Part shown: piece by piece, positions 51,041-63,946 of the stretch | Layout: every line of letters starts with the position of its first letter | Numbering within the stretch: position 1 is the first letter of the stretch | Assembly (NCBI RefSeq): GCF_006345805.1 | Contig: NC_043019.1 | Coordinates: forward strand, 19,653,360 to 19,717,359 | DNA: 64,000 nt | Direction: 5' to 3' | Origin: Octopus sinensis | Taxonomy: Eukaryota | Made by a program: the position numbers and the translations under genes | The notes under the pieces: generated by a model | What the model was told of the DNA's origin: nothing | Databases searched by the model: none | Seen by the model: only the letters and a program-made list of their open reading frames with translations

Positions 51041-51798
51041 AGATTTCCTTTTCAAACAAGGACAGAGGTTCACAATTAAAACTAGTTTCACTTGTGCCTC
51101 TGAGAACCTAATATAGTTGCAGACACCACTATATTGGACAAACAAGTATGACCTTGAGAAAGAGAACCACTCTATAGAAGAAGCAAATCCATTTCCCACA
51201 ATACAGACAAATTCCTCTCAGTGAACATATAGAAAAATGTGCAGGTAACATCAAACCAAATTTCACAGTCTTACCTTTCTACCAGTGCAAAGACGCAATC
51301 TCTCCACTAGAACATTTAAATTAAGAAACTTTTTCATTGAAAAATAAAAAAACAAGTCTTAATATGCACTCATAACCAACTTTTATCTTTTTACATATTT
51401 CAATTCACGACTACATCACTGTACTAAACAAGGTTTTTGAAACTTGTCTCTGTCTGTACACATATATAATCCCCACTCATTACCTAAAGCTGAACCGTTA
51501 TCTCCCTTACCCACAGCAATAACAATAATAATGACAACCAATTACCCCCCTTTATTTATCTACTTGTGAAGTCATTCACTCGTGAATTTCATCACATACA
51601 CAACATGGACTAAATTTCTTCTTAAGAAAAAATACATATTCAAATAAGTAAAACATAATATCATGAATAGCGAAACCGGTCGATATATTAAAACTATATA
51701 AGTGTGCGTATTTTCCTTTTTTTAATTTCTTATATACATTACAACTCACCACGTAGGGTTAAATGAAATTCCTTCTTTTCTGTTACTACTATACACAC

Positions 51799-51899
<101 letters not shown>

Positions 51900-51945
51900 A
51901 TATATATATATTTTATATATATATGCCTAATTTGGATAAAGTCAT

Positions 51946-51981
<36 letters not shown>

Positions 51982-53075
51982 TGTATATATACATACATAT
52001 ATAGATTTTTTTTTATCAATATTTAACAGAATATACATATAACATACATTTATATAAAATATATCAGAAGAGAAGCTCACTCTAAAGAATAGAGCAGTAA
52101 TTATTACAACAAAAGTTTAAATTCTGGTCATAGAGTTACCGAAGGTTTCGTATCTACGAAAGTCAAAGCCTTGTGGTCAGCTCGTGAAGACTCCATACAA
52201 AGACAAAAAGCCTAGACTTTCTACGACGCAGACATAAGGAAATGCTCAGAAATCGAGATTTAATAAGTCTTAGCATATAAAAAACGTTAATGTGATCGAG
52301 TTGTCTCCCCTGATTCGAAAAAGCTTAACCAGGCAAACGGGCAGGTCCAGTTTTCCAGTTTTCCAGTAGGTAGCGCTTGAAATGAACACGTTTAGATGAC
52401 CAATATATATATATAAGGGAGTAGAGAATGAATCATGTAGACATGGATGTATGAATGTGTGAATTCATCTCCATAACTGTTATCAGTACAGTTATGTAAG
52501 AGTGGAGCAAAAGTTGTTCTGAAGTTATAGCAGAAAGCCCTTGCCTAAGGTGCCACACAGTGGAATTGAACTTGTCTTACCTGCCCTCTTTCTAGCAACG
52601 ATTGACAAATTTCATTCAAGTGTTTTGTGTGAGTATTGGGACAAATGCTGGATTTAGATGAAAGAGGCTCAAGGTCCTTCTATTAGTGAGACCCCTCCCA
52701 AAAGCCCTATGCCAGTACAAAAACCTTTTGAAGTCTCATGCTAAACTGGCTCTGGTTGGGACAAGGGATTTAGTTTTTCTTTCACATGGAAATTGCCAAC
52801 AGATAAAACTGAAATGTTTTCATAAATCAGTTTAAAGGTTCTGGAAAACTAAATGAGAATTATTTTTAAATAAATGAAATTGCAATTCGTATGACTCAAA
52901 TTACATTGAAATATTTAAAGTTTTCCCAAATTTATTCTTGAGTTTCAGTCTTAACTATTTTGTTCCTCAGCTCCCCAAAACGAAAATATCTTAATTTTAT
53001 CCTATTGAAATTTCAAACAAGAGATTAAAAGAAAAATTTTTTTTAATAAACATGTATGTCTTGTTTTGAGAAATC

Positions 53076-54224
53076 TCAGTTCCATGTGGTGATGAAATGT
53101 TGCCTTTTACACATCAAAGGAGCAAGATTTGTTTTATTCTGAAGAGTTTTCTGTGATGCTGCTGCGATATTATGAATGACCAAAAGGTAGAGAAAGTTAC
53201 ATATTGTCCAACCTGAAGGCAGGCTTGTAAATCGCTGGCTGTTAATTGGAGTTATACCCAAGAAGTTCAAAACCATTCCAACAAAAGCATCCTCATTTGG
53301 AAAGGGTGTGAAATATTTACTGATGTCCAGCATTTCAGCAATGACATCAGCTGACAGAATATAACCCAAACCACTGGCATAAGGGGGGTAGTAGGGTTCG
53401 TTATATTCAGTCTTCTTTACTTTCCATTTGCTGGCCGTATGTCGCAACACGATTCTCTTTTGTAGAGTCAAGTTGATGTCACCAACATAAAGCTTCTTCT
53501 TCACCAACTCATTGTTGGAATGAGTGAGTAAATGATAGATGAGAGCTGTATTTACAAAACAGTCATCGTCTGTCTTTAATACAAAGTTAGGTTTGCAACT
53601 GTTGTGGACCCAAGAGAAACCATGGAACACCTTCAATGTTAGATTACGGTACGTATCAATATAACTACCCAACAGAATGTCTTTGTGAGTTTCCATTTCT
53701 TGCTGGATTGCTAACTCTGTTTTTGCATCACTTGTCCTGCCAATAAGAAAGACACACTGCCATCTCCTTGAATCACTGGTATGATCCCTATTACCCCAAA
53801 CATTTCTAGTACCAGCATCAAGTTTTAAACCAAGCCAATCCCCTGTATGCATTGATGAATTTGGTGGCTGACACCAAGTCTGGCGAATCGCCATGCGCTG
53901 TTCGACATTGCGAGGAGCTGAAATAATGAGAATGACAAATGAGCAGAGACTGCAACAAGAAGGCTTGGAGACATCCTTGACAAACAACTCTTCAAGATTC
54001 CAGGAAATAGTTCCGTTCCATCGAGGATGAAACTTTGCCTTCATCACCACATGATGGTTGACAAGCCTTACTTTCGTTGATTCTCCGGGAAAATGTGAAT
54101 TCATCAACATGAATCCCACTACAACAAACAAACAGAAAAAAGGGACAATGTTCTGGATTCCAAATCGGAGAGATGAAATAATTTTCAAATACATTGTTAG
54201 TATTCTCATCTGATCAGATCGCAT
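53076..54224 (-). CDS. GT31-family beta-1,3-galactosyl/GlcNAc-transferase (B3GALT/B3GNT-like), single coding exon, 382 aa
   Basis: First ATG at 54224 (the track starts at a TTG). Has an N-terminal TM (IVPFFCLFVVVGFMLM) and the motifs ILIISAP..RMAIRQTW, VFLIG, DILLGSYIDTYRNLTLK, FVLKTDDDCFVN, YPPYASGLGYILS and EDAFVG. Confidence 0.93.
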   Translation of the reverse strand: MRSDQMRILTMYLKIISSLRFGIQNIVPFFCLFVVVGFMLMNSHFPGESTKVRLVNHHVVMKAKFHPRWNGTISWNLEELFVKDVSKPSCCSLCSFVILIISAPRNVEQRMAIRQTWCQPPNSSMHTGDWLGLKLDAGTRNVWGNRDHTSDSRRWQCVFLIGRTSDAKTELAIQQEMETHKDILLGSYIDTYRNLTLKVFHGFSWVHNSCKPNFVLKTDDDCFVNTALIYHLLTHSNNELVKKKLYVGDINLTLQKRIVLRHTASKWKVKKTEYNEPYYPPYASGLGYILSADVIAEMLDISKYFTPFPNEDAFVGMVLNFLGITPINSQRFTSLPSGWTICNFLYLLVIHNIAAASQKTLQNKTNLAPLMCKRQHFITTWN

Positions 54225-54584
54225 GGGTAAAAGTAGAGCTTCCAAGGTTAATGACCTTCTGCAGAAAGCACGATACTTTTCTCAGCAGAGTTCTTCACAT
54301 TATTCATCATAAGAAGTGTTTCTTCTGGATCACTCAAGTAATTGATGAGACACTGAAAACAAAAATATTAAACAACAAATATTAAAAGAACAACAGATAA
54401 ATACATAAATAAAAATACATACACTGATATAATAATATATAAGTTGTTAGAGGTGAACACAGAAATGCAAATGCCTATGTGTGAGTGTGTATGTGTGAAA
54501 GTTAAAGATGGATATATGTGTGTGTGTTCATTTATGTATGTATGTATGGATGGATGGATGCAGGCAACCCCCAAAACCGTTTCC

Positions 54585-55105
54585 TGAAGAGGAGGTCCTA
54601 TCCAAAATATTGAAATACAAGATAAAAGCACAAATCATTGACTGACATATTATTTCCAATAACTTGTAGTGTTTTGGCTTTAAAAACATACGTACATAGA
54701 TACACATTTAAAAACAAGGAATACTTGTGGAATACTCCCATAAAAACAGCAATTAATGCAAACAGAACAGACTGGATATTGTTCTGTGGGAACAAAAATT
54801 ATAAACTGCTGAAGAGGTCAGATATGCAGTGGATGTGAATGTACCATCAAAACTCCCAGAAAAAGGGCACATATATGGTGAATTAATGCAAAACTTAGAG
54901 CTCTTGTAGCCTGACTATGAGTTCTCATATGTACCTATCATCATAGATGCATCAGGGCATGTACCAACAAGTTTACACAAAATCCTAGAAATACTTGGTG
55001 TTAAGGACAAAGAGTAAAGGAAGTTGATGCCGGTTCTCCAAATCCAATCTGTTAATGGTACAGGGAACATTTGTGAAACATTTCAGATATTCTCCATCTG
55101 AGGTT
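54585..55105 (+). mobile_element. Decayed RLE-type (R2/R4/NeSL-group) retrotransposon 3' fragment
   Basis: Translates to KEYLWNTPIKTA and PDYEFSYVPIII; homologous to the inverted copy at 55420-56300. Confidence 0.6.
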
Positions 55106-55419
55106 CTTTAGGTGAACAGATGCACATAAGTGGGCATGTGCACTAACAGCTCAACCAACACACCAACTCAACCACATTGTCACATGTATGTATGTATGTA
55201 TGTATGTATGTATGTATGTATGTATGTATGTATGTATGTATGGATGGATGTATGTATGTATGTATGTATGTATGTTTGTATGTATGCATGCATGCATGTA
55301 TATATGTATGGATGCATGTCTTTTCTATTTTTTTAAATTATTATAAATTTGCCACAAAGGTAGGAACCAGTTTCCAACAAAGATACAAGGCTTCGTATTT
55401 GGTATGAAGTTAACACAGA

Positions 55420-56300
55420 CAAGTTCACATTTAGAACTTCAGAAAAGCCTTGCATATTTTTACACACACTGCACTTGTAATGTACAAATTAGCCAGTCAA
55501 TTTCCCTTTCTGAAAATCCCAGTTCATCCAGATTCTCCTTTAAGCATTTACTAACAAAACCCAGTGCTCCAATTATTATCGGAATGAACAGGAATTCATA
55601 GTCTGGATACAGAAACTGGAGGTTTTGAGGCAATTGTCCATAGATATCCTCTTTTTCTTTGTTTTTCAAAGAGACATTTATATCCGCTGGGCAGCTGACC
55701 TCTATCATGGTACATACCTTTGCCCCTCTCTCCCAAACAACAATGTTATGTTTACATTTGACTGAAGTTTTGATGGGAATATTCCACCAGTATTCCTTGA
55801 GTTGGTGTTTATGAATGTATTCCATAACAGAGGGATTTTCTAAGTTTATTTCAGGAGAGTCTTTTTTGCGGAGGGCATTGTAAATTGTTTAAGCAACAAC
55901 ATCGTTCCGCATTGGGAGGTTGTACCGTGACAACATTTTAGGACAGTTGCTAATCACATGCATAATGACTTCCACAGAAGCATGACATAGCCTACACATG
56001 GGGTTGCACCTTGGGATTACAAAAGCATCACTGCCTCTCTTGTTCACCAGGTACTTTGTGGCCATCTCCTGTTCATGGATTGCAAACGCATAGCCTACAA
56101 AGTGTGATGTGATATAGTGGTCTTGTGTCCAAAAGAGGCTGTGCTTCATGTCAATTCTACTATCTTCAAGCTTCCGGGCAACATACCCATGCATAGTCTT
56201 TATTCTGTATGATGTGTGCTTTCCATCCAGGTCTTCTCTGAGGTAAGAGAGAGCCCAGCTGTTTTGGGGCTGTATAGGAGATCATCAGGAAGAGGGTGCT
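55420..56300 (-). mobile_element. RLE-type non-LTR retrotransposon 3' fragment (CCHC and RLE)
   Basis: Translates to AIHEQEMATK, CRLCHASVEVIMHVISNC, WWNIPIKT..IEVSCP..KEDIY and PIIIGALG. Confidence 0.8.
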
Positions 56301-56419
56301 TCTTGAGGAGCTCACTGCCAACTCGTACAATGTATGTATGTATGTATGCATGCTCATGCACACACACATATATGTACTCACATACATGCATGCATGCATA
56401 CATACACACATGCATGCAA

Positions 56420-57560
56420 CTCTCTGCATTGGGCGTAAGAGACGAACTCTATAACTGGTTGAAGTCCTTTATTTTCGGCCGAAAAGAGGTTGTCACAGTT
56501 CTAGGACAGCACTCTTCGCCCTATGAGATGACATCTGGTGTACCACAGGGATCTGTTCTTTATTTGCTGCATATGTTAATGACATAGATGCCAACTTAAA
56601 GAATACCACAGTGCTGAAATATGCAGATGACATCAAGCTGTACCTCAAAATAAAGAGGTCAGATCCTGTACACTATAGATCTCTATTGCAAGCAGATCTG
56701 GACACAATGCAGCAGTGGATCATGGACTGGCAACTCAAGCTGGCTGTGGACAAATGTACCACCATGCATTTTGGGAGGAGAAACCCAGCGTCCACCTACT
56801 CCCTCCACAACACTAGTCTCAAAAAGTCTTCATGTGAACGTGACCTGGGTGTTATTGTCGACAGTGATTTGCGTTGGACAAAACACATCGCTAAAATTGT
56901 CAAGAAGGCTGAGGGTGTCTTGGCATCACTCACCAAATCCTTTGTGAGCTATATATATAGCTATGGTGCGACCTCACCTGGAATTTGCATCACCGGTCTG
57001 GAACCCCTATCTTGCCCAGGATATCAATCGTCTGGAAGCCATTCAGTGACGTGCAACCAAAAAAATACCCTCCATCAGGCATTTGCCATATTCTGAACGC
57101 CTTACTTCCCTGGGCATGGACACATTGAAACTCCGACGACTGGCAGCTGACTTGGCAGACACCCATAAAATTATCTACCATCTTACAAACAATAACTCTG
57201 AGCACCTTTTCAAACTCCACCTGTCTAACACCCGTGGACATATTTACAAAGTCAGTAAACAGCACAGCTCCCATGACTTTCGGAAACATTTTTTCACGCT
57301 GAGAGTTTCTGAAGCATGGAACAAACTGCCGACATCAGTTGTTAGTTGTCGGAGCACTGCATCCTTCAAAACTTCCATGCTTTCTGAGATTCGCCAACAC
57401 TACACCTGATTTTCTCCCCTCCATACACACACAGGTAGGTATCTGACTCATACATTGTTTGCTTTCCAGACATTTGTACATTACTGCATATACTTTATAT
57501 GCACTTTCTGACAAGTTGTGGTGCACCTGAGCACTGTTTACAATAATTTCATTATTATTA
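56420..57560 (+). mobile_element. CR1/L2-group LINE 3' fragment
   Basis: Translates to SGVPQGSVL, KYADDIKLY, ERDLGV, YSERLTSL..LRRL and FFTLRVSEAWNKLP. Confidence 0.88.
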
Positions 57561-58159
57561 TTTTTTTATTATCTTCATAGGTGAAGATATACAATATGTC
57601 TGTCTGTATGTGTATATAGACAGACAGATGTGTGCATACGTGCGCGTGTGTACGTGTATAAAGAAGAAAAGTTTCAGTTAAAACGTACTATTTTTGAAAT
57701 TGCATCAAATATTTTAATCTTTCAGTAATGTATATTGATTGAAAAAATTAAATATGGAGCATCCAAATCTCATCGATCTTAGTTTAGACTAACCAAATGA
57801 GTAGAGTCAAAGAAATCGTCTGGTAACGTCTGTTTTAAGTGAAAAAAAAAAGAAAATTTCTGCACTTCTACTCTTTAAATCTTAGACAAGGCAACAACGG
57901 ACCTTCAACGTGGTACCTCAGCCTGCTAGAAATAGCTGCCTAACTTTTTTAAGGAATAACCATGTTGAATAACTCAGTTTCCTCAATACATCAGCTACAA
58001 GATAAACGAAGTCTGCAAGAAAGAGGGAGCTCCACGGCTGGAATGTCGTTAACAAAGATTTGTTCAATGTAAGTTGACCAGAAATGAAATAAGAACAAGA
58101 AAGAACAAGAACAGCAGCATCAGCATCATCATCATCATCAGCAGCAGCAGCAGCAGCCC

Positions 58160-58600
58160 TATAAGGACCGCTTCAAGAACTTTAAATGTAAAACTATTTG
58201 AGAAAGAGTTATCTCCCTTACACCAAAAATGAAACTATGAACACTCCTTGTAGTTGAAGTCTGTCCATTTAATGAATTTTGAAGAGGCCAAAACAGGTGG
58301 ATGTGTGGAGGTGTAAGGTCGGGTGTAAGGACACGGCAGAAGTTGCCAGTCAAAACCCCAGTAACTTCTGTTATATCTACAAAGTGTGCAGTCTAGCATG
58401 GTGAAAGACAATGACCTTACAAATAGCAAGTGATGGACGCTTGTGGTGGGTTGCTGGATTGAATTTGTCCAGCGTGTCGTAGTCCACATCTGACCTAACC
58501 ACAAGAAAAATCTCGAAGAAGACACACACGCACACACGGTTTCTTTCTTCCAACCATTTCATCATGTTGAACCCTTATCCCCAACACAATTTTTTCTGGT
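58160..58600 (-). mobile_element. Decayed mariner DDD-domain fragment
   Basis: Translates to VIVFHHARLHT (the FHHDNARPH motif) and PDLTPPHIHLFWPLQNSLNG (PDLAPSDYHLF-like). Confidence 0.7.
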
Positions 58601-58748
58601 TTTCTTGTTCCCTCTCCTCTTTTCCTCCCAACCCTTTCCATCAAAGAGTGAAACGTTAAAGACTTTTCCATTCTTCCCAAGTGCCAAACCTGCTTCTTGT
58701 TCCTTCATTTGTCTGCGTTATTTTGTTTTCTGTAAATTTGAACTACAT

Positions 58749-59165
58749 AGGCGCAGGAGTGGCTGTGTGGTAAGTAGCTTGCTAACCAACCACATGCTTC
58801 CGGGTTCAGTCCCACTGTGTGGCACCTTGGGCAAGTGTCTTCTGCTATAGCCCCGGGCCGACCAATGCCTTGTGAGTGGATTTGGTAGACGGAAACTGAA
58901 AGAAGCCCGTCGTATATATGTATATATATATATATGTGTGTGCGTGTATGTTTGTGTGTCTGTGTTTGTCCCCCTCGCATTGCTTGACTGATGCAGGTGT
59001 GTTTACGTCCCCGTTACTTAGTGGTTCGGCAAAAGAGACCGATAGAATAAGTACTGGGCTTACAAAAGAATAAGTCCCGAGGTCGAGTTGCTCGATTAAA
59101 GGCGGTGCTCCAGCATGGCCGCAGTCAAATGACTGAAACAAGTAAAAGAGTAAAAGAGTAAAGAG
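58749..59165 (+). mobile_element. SINE family A, full-length
   Basis: Consensus head to (GTAAAAGA)n tail. Confidence 0.9.
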
Positions 59166-59196
<31 letters not shown>

Positions 59197-59679
59197 CAAA
59201 GTAAGTTTGGGGGTGGTTACTGCATGAGTAAAAATATAAGGAAAAGAATTAAAATGCAGGAGTCTTTTAAAAGTATTTGTTAACTTAACCAGTTTCACTT
59301 ATTTAAAAAGATTTTCAAAAGTAAAGTGTGAGGCTTTGTGTAACCTCTGTGATTAATCAAAGAAATAGTTTACATAAAAACATTCAAATTAATTAATAAA
59401 AAAATTATTCTACAATGATAAGAAGACAAAAATTAGTTTACATGAATATATCCCGATCAAGCATAAGAGTGGCCTCGCAACTGACCTCTCAACTGACCTT
59501 CCAGTTGGGAATTGGCTTCAAAATTCTGATATCACTCATATGTGAGAGATGACCTCATCATCTAATCTGTATTTTGATAAGGATGGCTTCAATACCTATG
59601 TTGCATTTTGTAAGTATCTCACATTTATGAATAATGGTCACTTGGTTTCATGTTGGAGATTGTACACACACATCGCTGA

Positions 59680-60460
59680 TTGATGTGCTTTCAGTTCAGC
59701 GTCCGAGATTTAGCACAATAAAGCAATGTTGTAAAGACCACTGGCTTATATACATTGACTTTCACCTTTAACGATATGTTGTGGCTGTTCCAAAGTCTGT
59801 GATAAAGCATACTGAAAGTGGAGCCAGCCTTCCCAATCCTGGACTCAATTTCTTTCTCCATCTTAGCATCATTGGACAACATGGGACACGTTGGGATAAG
59901 TGAAGGCGGAAACAGTTTTTAATGCTTTCCCACCAGCATATACAGTAGGGGCAACAGCGAAAAGATGGTCACAAATGGGCTGATGGACAAGTGCAGTTTT
60001 TTATGCTGATGATCAGACCAAAAGCCTTTGATGCATGCAAGAAGTTGTTTAAAATCTGTTGCATGTCCTCAAGAGTGTGTGCCACAAGTGGATAATGATT
60101 TGCAAAGAGCAAATCTCAAACTGTTCGCCCCAAAGTCTTGGTCTTTGCTTTGAAGCCATTTCTGTACTCCAACTTTACTTCTTCTTTAACACCTTCAAGC
60201 ACAGTTTCCAACATGATATAGAAATACAAGGCAAAGAAGGGCAGTGCAAGGACACAGCCTTGTTTGTCCCATTTGAAACTGTGAATTAATCGGACACTTC
60301 CTCACTATATCTGACAGAAGCCATCATCCCTTGACGGAAAGAAAATGATGACATGGAGCATCTTTTCAGGAACACCTAGCTTTCTAAGGACAACCCAAAG
60401 AGCATCCCTAGATATGCACAGAGCAGTCAGGGCTCTGTAGCTTTTCAGCAACTAGACTAG
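59680..60460 (-). mobile_element. Decayed RTE LINE fragment
   Basis: Translates to EIESRIGKAGSTF..RLWNSHNISLKVKVNVYKPVVFTTLLYC, with further RT remnants at higher coordinates. Confidence 0.7.
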
Positions 60461-60869
60461 GAGAAGGCCACTCTGATATCAAATCTGAGATTGGTTTAGC
60501 ATCTGACATGTGACACACTGTGTATTAGTACAGGTAAATACTTTTTTGATATATATATATATATTCTTTATTCTTTTACATGTTTCAGCCCTAAGGCTGT
60601 GGCAATGCTGGAGCACTGCCAATATACATACATACGTACTTATAATATATATATATATATGTGAAAGCCATTTTAGGGTTTTACACTGATAACTGTGAGA
60701 TTATGAGTTCAATTTAGTCAACAAATCGACCCCCGGACTTATTTCTTAAAGTCTAGTACTTATTCTATCATTCTCTTTTTGCCGAACAGCTAGGTTATGG
60801 GGACATAAACTCCAACATCGGTTGTCAAGTGGTGATGGGGCGGGGGACAAATGCAGACACAAACACACT

Positions 60870-61050
60870 CAGATTATGATTATTTTTACCCTGCACGCGT
60901 AATTGTCTGTTTGTCTATATGTTTGCAAAATTATTGGAAAACTGCTGAACGGATTTTTACCACATTTGGCAGAAATACTCATTGGGTGAGTGGCTCTAAA
61001 TGATAAACATTTGGTTTGATTATCTTAAAAAAAAAATTTTAATCGAACTT
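60870..61050 (+). mobile_element. HINE/DINE-like non-autonomous Helentron fragment
   Basis: TTTTTACCCTGCACGCG..GTCTGTTTGTCT..AAAACTGCTGAACGGATTTTTACCACATTTGGC resembles HINE body motifs. Confidence 0.4.
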
Positions 61051-61134
61051 AGAAATTTTCCGATAAGCAAATGGTCATATTATCTTGTCCATTTTGTTTT
61101 TCATATGAATCAACCATCGTCTGTGTGTATATAA

Positions 61135-62170
61135 ATCGGTAAATTCCACTGTGGTGAATTCCACCATGGAAAATTCCACAAGGTAAATTTCACCATAGAT
61201 AAATTCCACCCTGGTACATTGCACTGTAACAAAATCCAACCGCTAATAATCACTTTGGTCAGTTTCTTTAGACCATGGGTCAATACCTATGTTATTTAAT
61301 ATGTCTATTTATCAAGTCTTAAGAAGAGAGAGAGAGTCTGAAGATAAGATAGAAAATAATCTTTCTAATCTACTTGAATTGAGATGGGATCACTTTAATG
61401 TTGTCCCATCGAGCAAGAATCTATGAAAAAGGCTCATCACAAAATTTCAAAAATAATATAATTTGGGATAAAGAAAGAAAAGATTAAATTTTAGCAAACT
61501 TTTTATTATAACAACAGGATAAAAATTGTGAAGCAGAGTTAGGATCAGAAAGTTCAATTTATTTTTAAAAAAATTTCCTAAGACAAATTGTGTGCAATAC
61601 TTCTTAAAAATTGCAGAGGGTTTTCATTTTGATATTCCTGAACTAGCTTCTTCAGTTGTACATCAATTTGATAGGTCAAGGTGGTGATCTGGCAGAAACG
61701 TTAGCATGCCGGGCAAAATGCTTAGCGGTATTTCGTCTGCTGTTACGTTCTGAGTTCAAATTCCACCGAGGTCGACTTTGCCTTTCATCCTTTTGGACTC
61801 GATAAATTAAGTTGTGTACTGGAGTTGACTACCCCTCCCCCAAAATTTTGGGCCTTGTGCCAAGTGTAGAAAAGAATAATTTAATAGGCATTTTTTTTTT
61901 TGATGTTGAGTTTCCATGTGAAAGTTTTTGTCTGGCTTAATCCTTCCTCAAATTTAAGGGTAGTGCATAATTTCCACAAAGTTGGATGTGGGGATGTTAG
62001 TGATGAGCGCAAAGCATTGTGGAACCCTTCTAAATAATTATTTGATAATGATAATAATAATTGACTAATAATGCTTTCTGCAGCAGGATTGCCACCTTGC
62101 GCTGACAATCCATTAGAGTAAGGGAGACTACTTATATTTGTCTTCACTGTCTTTATTTTTTTCAAGAAGA
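61135..62170 (-). mobile_element. Mutator (MULE) transposase 3' remnant with subterminal AATTCCACC repeats, interrupted by a SINE
   Basis: Translates to SNNYLEGFHNALRSSLTSPHPTLWKL..EEG (the MULE TNNxxEGWH..HP.IW motif). After the SINE it continues IDVQLKKLVQEYQNENPLQFLRSIAHNLS, stop at 61578. Short repeats lie at about 61140-61215. Confidence 0.75.
61677..61876 (+). mobile_element. SINE family C inserted in the MULE remnant
   Basis: GGCAGAAACGTTAGCATGCCGGGC..GAGTTCAAATTCCACCGAGGTCGACTTTGCCTTTCATCC; reverse complement of the 15030-15232 family. Confidence 0.8.
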
Positions 62171-62404
62171 AGGGATGTTACACATTCATATCTATGTGTA
62201 TACGTGGGTATACATGTGTAGAATACATCCCCACTTTTGGCACTATTTTGCTAGTAAACAGTACGAACTGTGTCTAAAGCGAATGTGTATCACTCCGCTC
62301 TGTTTTGACAGTTCCTGTAAACAGGTAAAGTAAATAAACACGTAAAACAATAACAATGCCTTCATTGAGTTGTCTATCATCCCATCACGAACGAAACAAT
62401 GCAT

Positions 62405-62471
<67 letters not shown>

Positions 62472-62559
62472 CGAAAACGTTAAATTACAAAATAGAAAAA
62501 AAACTGTAGTTCAGTTCATGAATACAACACGAAAATCGAATATTCAATGTTTGTGATGC

Positions 62560-63946
62560 ACTCTAGAATTTTGTCAAATAAATTGCAATCATAGAACGGT
62601 GAGTGTCACATCGTCATTTATTACTTTGTTTTACAGAGGTCCATGTGCCTTCCATTTGTTGCGTCTGGTTACTATTGTAACGACCGTGCGAAGCGAGGTG
62701 ACGAGAATGGCTCCTTAATACATCACACGGTCGATGCAATAAATGCAAAAAGAATAAATGCATATATGTGCCAGAGGGGAATAAGAGACACAACCGGGCA
62801 GAATGTTTAAGAGAAGATTTATTGATATGTTAACATGTGTGACTGTGTGTGCGTCATATATACAGAATAATAGACAGGCCGTCACGAGAACAAAGTGTAT
62901 GTGTGTGTATAGGCATGGATGTATGCGTGTGCGTTAAGTACAGATAAAAATAGTAATGAAGAAGAAAAACATTGAAAGAGTCTATAATGAGAAGTTAGAA
63001 GAATGTTCATAGACACAAGAATGAGAATACCAGTTTGTAGTGAATCGTACACGATAGTTGAAATACTGTATCAAGAAGTTGCGGCGATGATGCAGAGCCG
63101 GTTGCGGTACATGTCATACGTGAAGTTGTGGCTGTAATGCTTCTGCCTGGGTCACTTGGTACATGAGTTCTAGCAGGTTGTATATTCGCTGTTGATCCAT
63201 GGTGAAGTAATTCACGAACAGTGCAGTGTTATAACCAGTGCGAGTACGTAGAGAGATGTTGACGTCGGGACGAAAGGTGGCGATGGAGATGGATGTCGCC
63301 GAATGCTGTTGGACGAAGATGGTGAGTCTCCACGTGGCTGCTGTTGTGTTGTCACTGGAACTGGCTGCGTCTTGTGTGGTCAGTGGCTAGACCTTAAAAG
63401 GTTTGGAACCGAAAGACATCGAGACGAGAAGCTGGAGTTTTATAAGAAGTTGTAGGCTCAAAGTTGGGTAGAAAACAGGCTGTCACACATGACCTTATTT
63501 GAAGGCTGCGATTGGTTGGGTTGCATATTGGCGCGCGATAGAGCAAGAGACAAATTGCGCCAATACCAACCAATCAGAGTAGTGGACACAACAGGGTTCA
63601 AAGTGCGGCCAAAAGCTAGCTGTTATCTACTACGTTCGTATGTATGTATATATAATAGAGAGAAGAGGAATTTTACTCAAGTGTACGCTACACTATCTTT
63701 CAATTTAATAAACCCAACGCTGTGACTCACTACGCTATACCGAAAATTTTAGCAATAAATTTCAGGAATGTGAGAGTACGCCCTCCACAAATCACTGAAA
63801 ATTTTGGTTCCAGGAAGAATGGACTCACTTATGCATTCCTTCAATGTGTCGCAATTCCGACTTGGCACTGCACAAAGAAAAGCATTTTTGGTCGCGCGAC
63901 ACACTCCTGCGAAAACCCACAACTCAGGTAGGACGTAAAATATCAA
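62560..63946 (-). mobile_element. Merlin (IS1595/ISXO2-like) transposase pseudogene, interrupted by a solo LTR
   Basis: Translates to LWVFAGVCRATKNAFLCAVPSR..ILPGTKIFSDLWRAY, then YSVVSHSVGFIKLKD. Across the LTR it continues in frame as SNQTQQMEGTWTSVK, matching WVFG..SDxWRAY..VNHS..F..HTNxIEGxW. Confidence 0.85.
62676..63692 (-). mobile_element. Solo LTR (1017 bp, TG...CA, 4-bp TSD CTAT)
   Basis: Starts TGTAACG and ends CGCTACA (imperfect terminal IR); CTAT occurs at 62672-62675 and 63693-63696. On the minus strand it has CCAAT (63511-63515), TATAAAA (63438-63444) and AATAAA (62818-62823) in U3-R order. Confidence 0.88.

Noticed and set aside
54225-54245. ORF-track start of the GT31 gene at 54245
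   Set aside because: That codon is TTG; the first in-frame ATG is at 54224.
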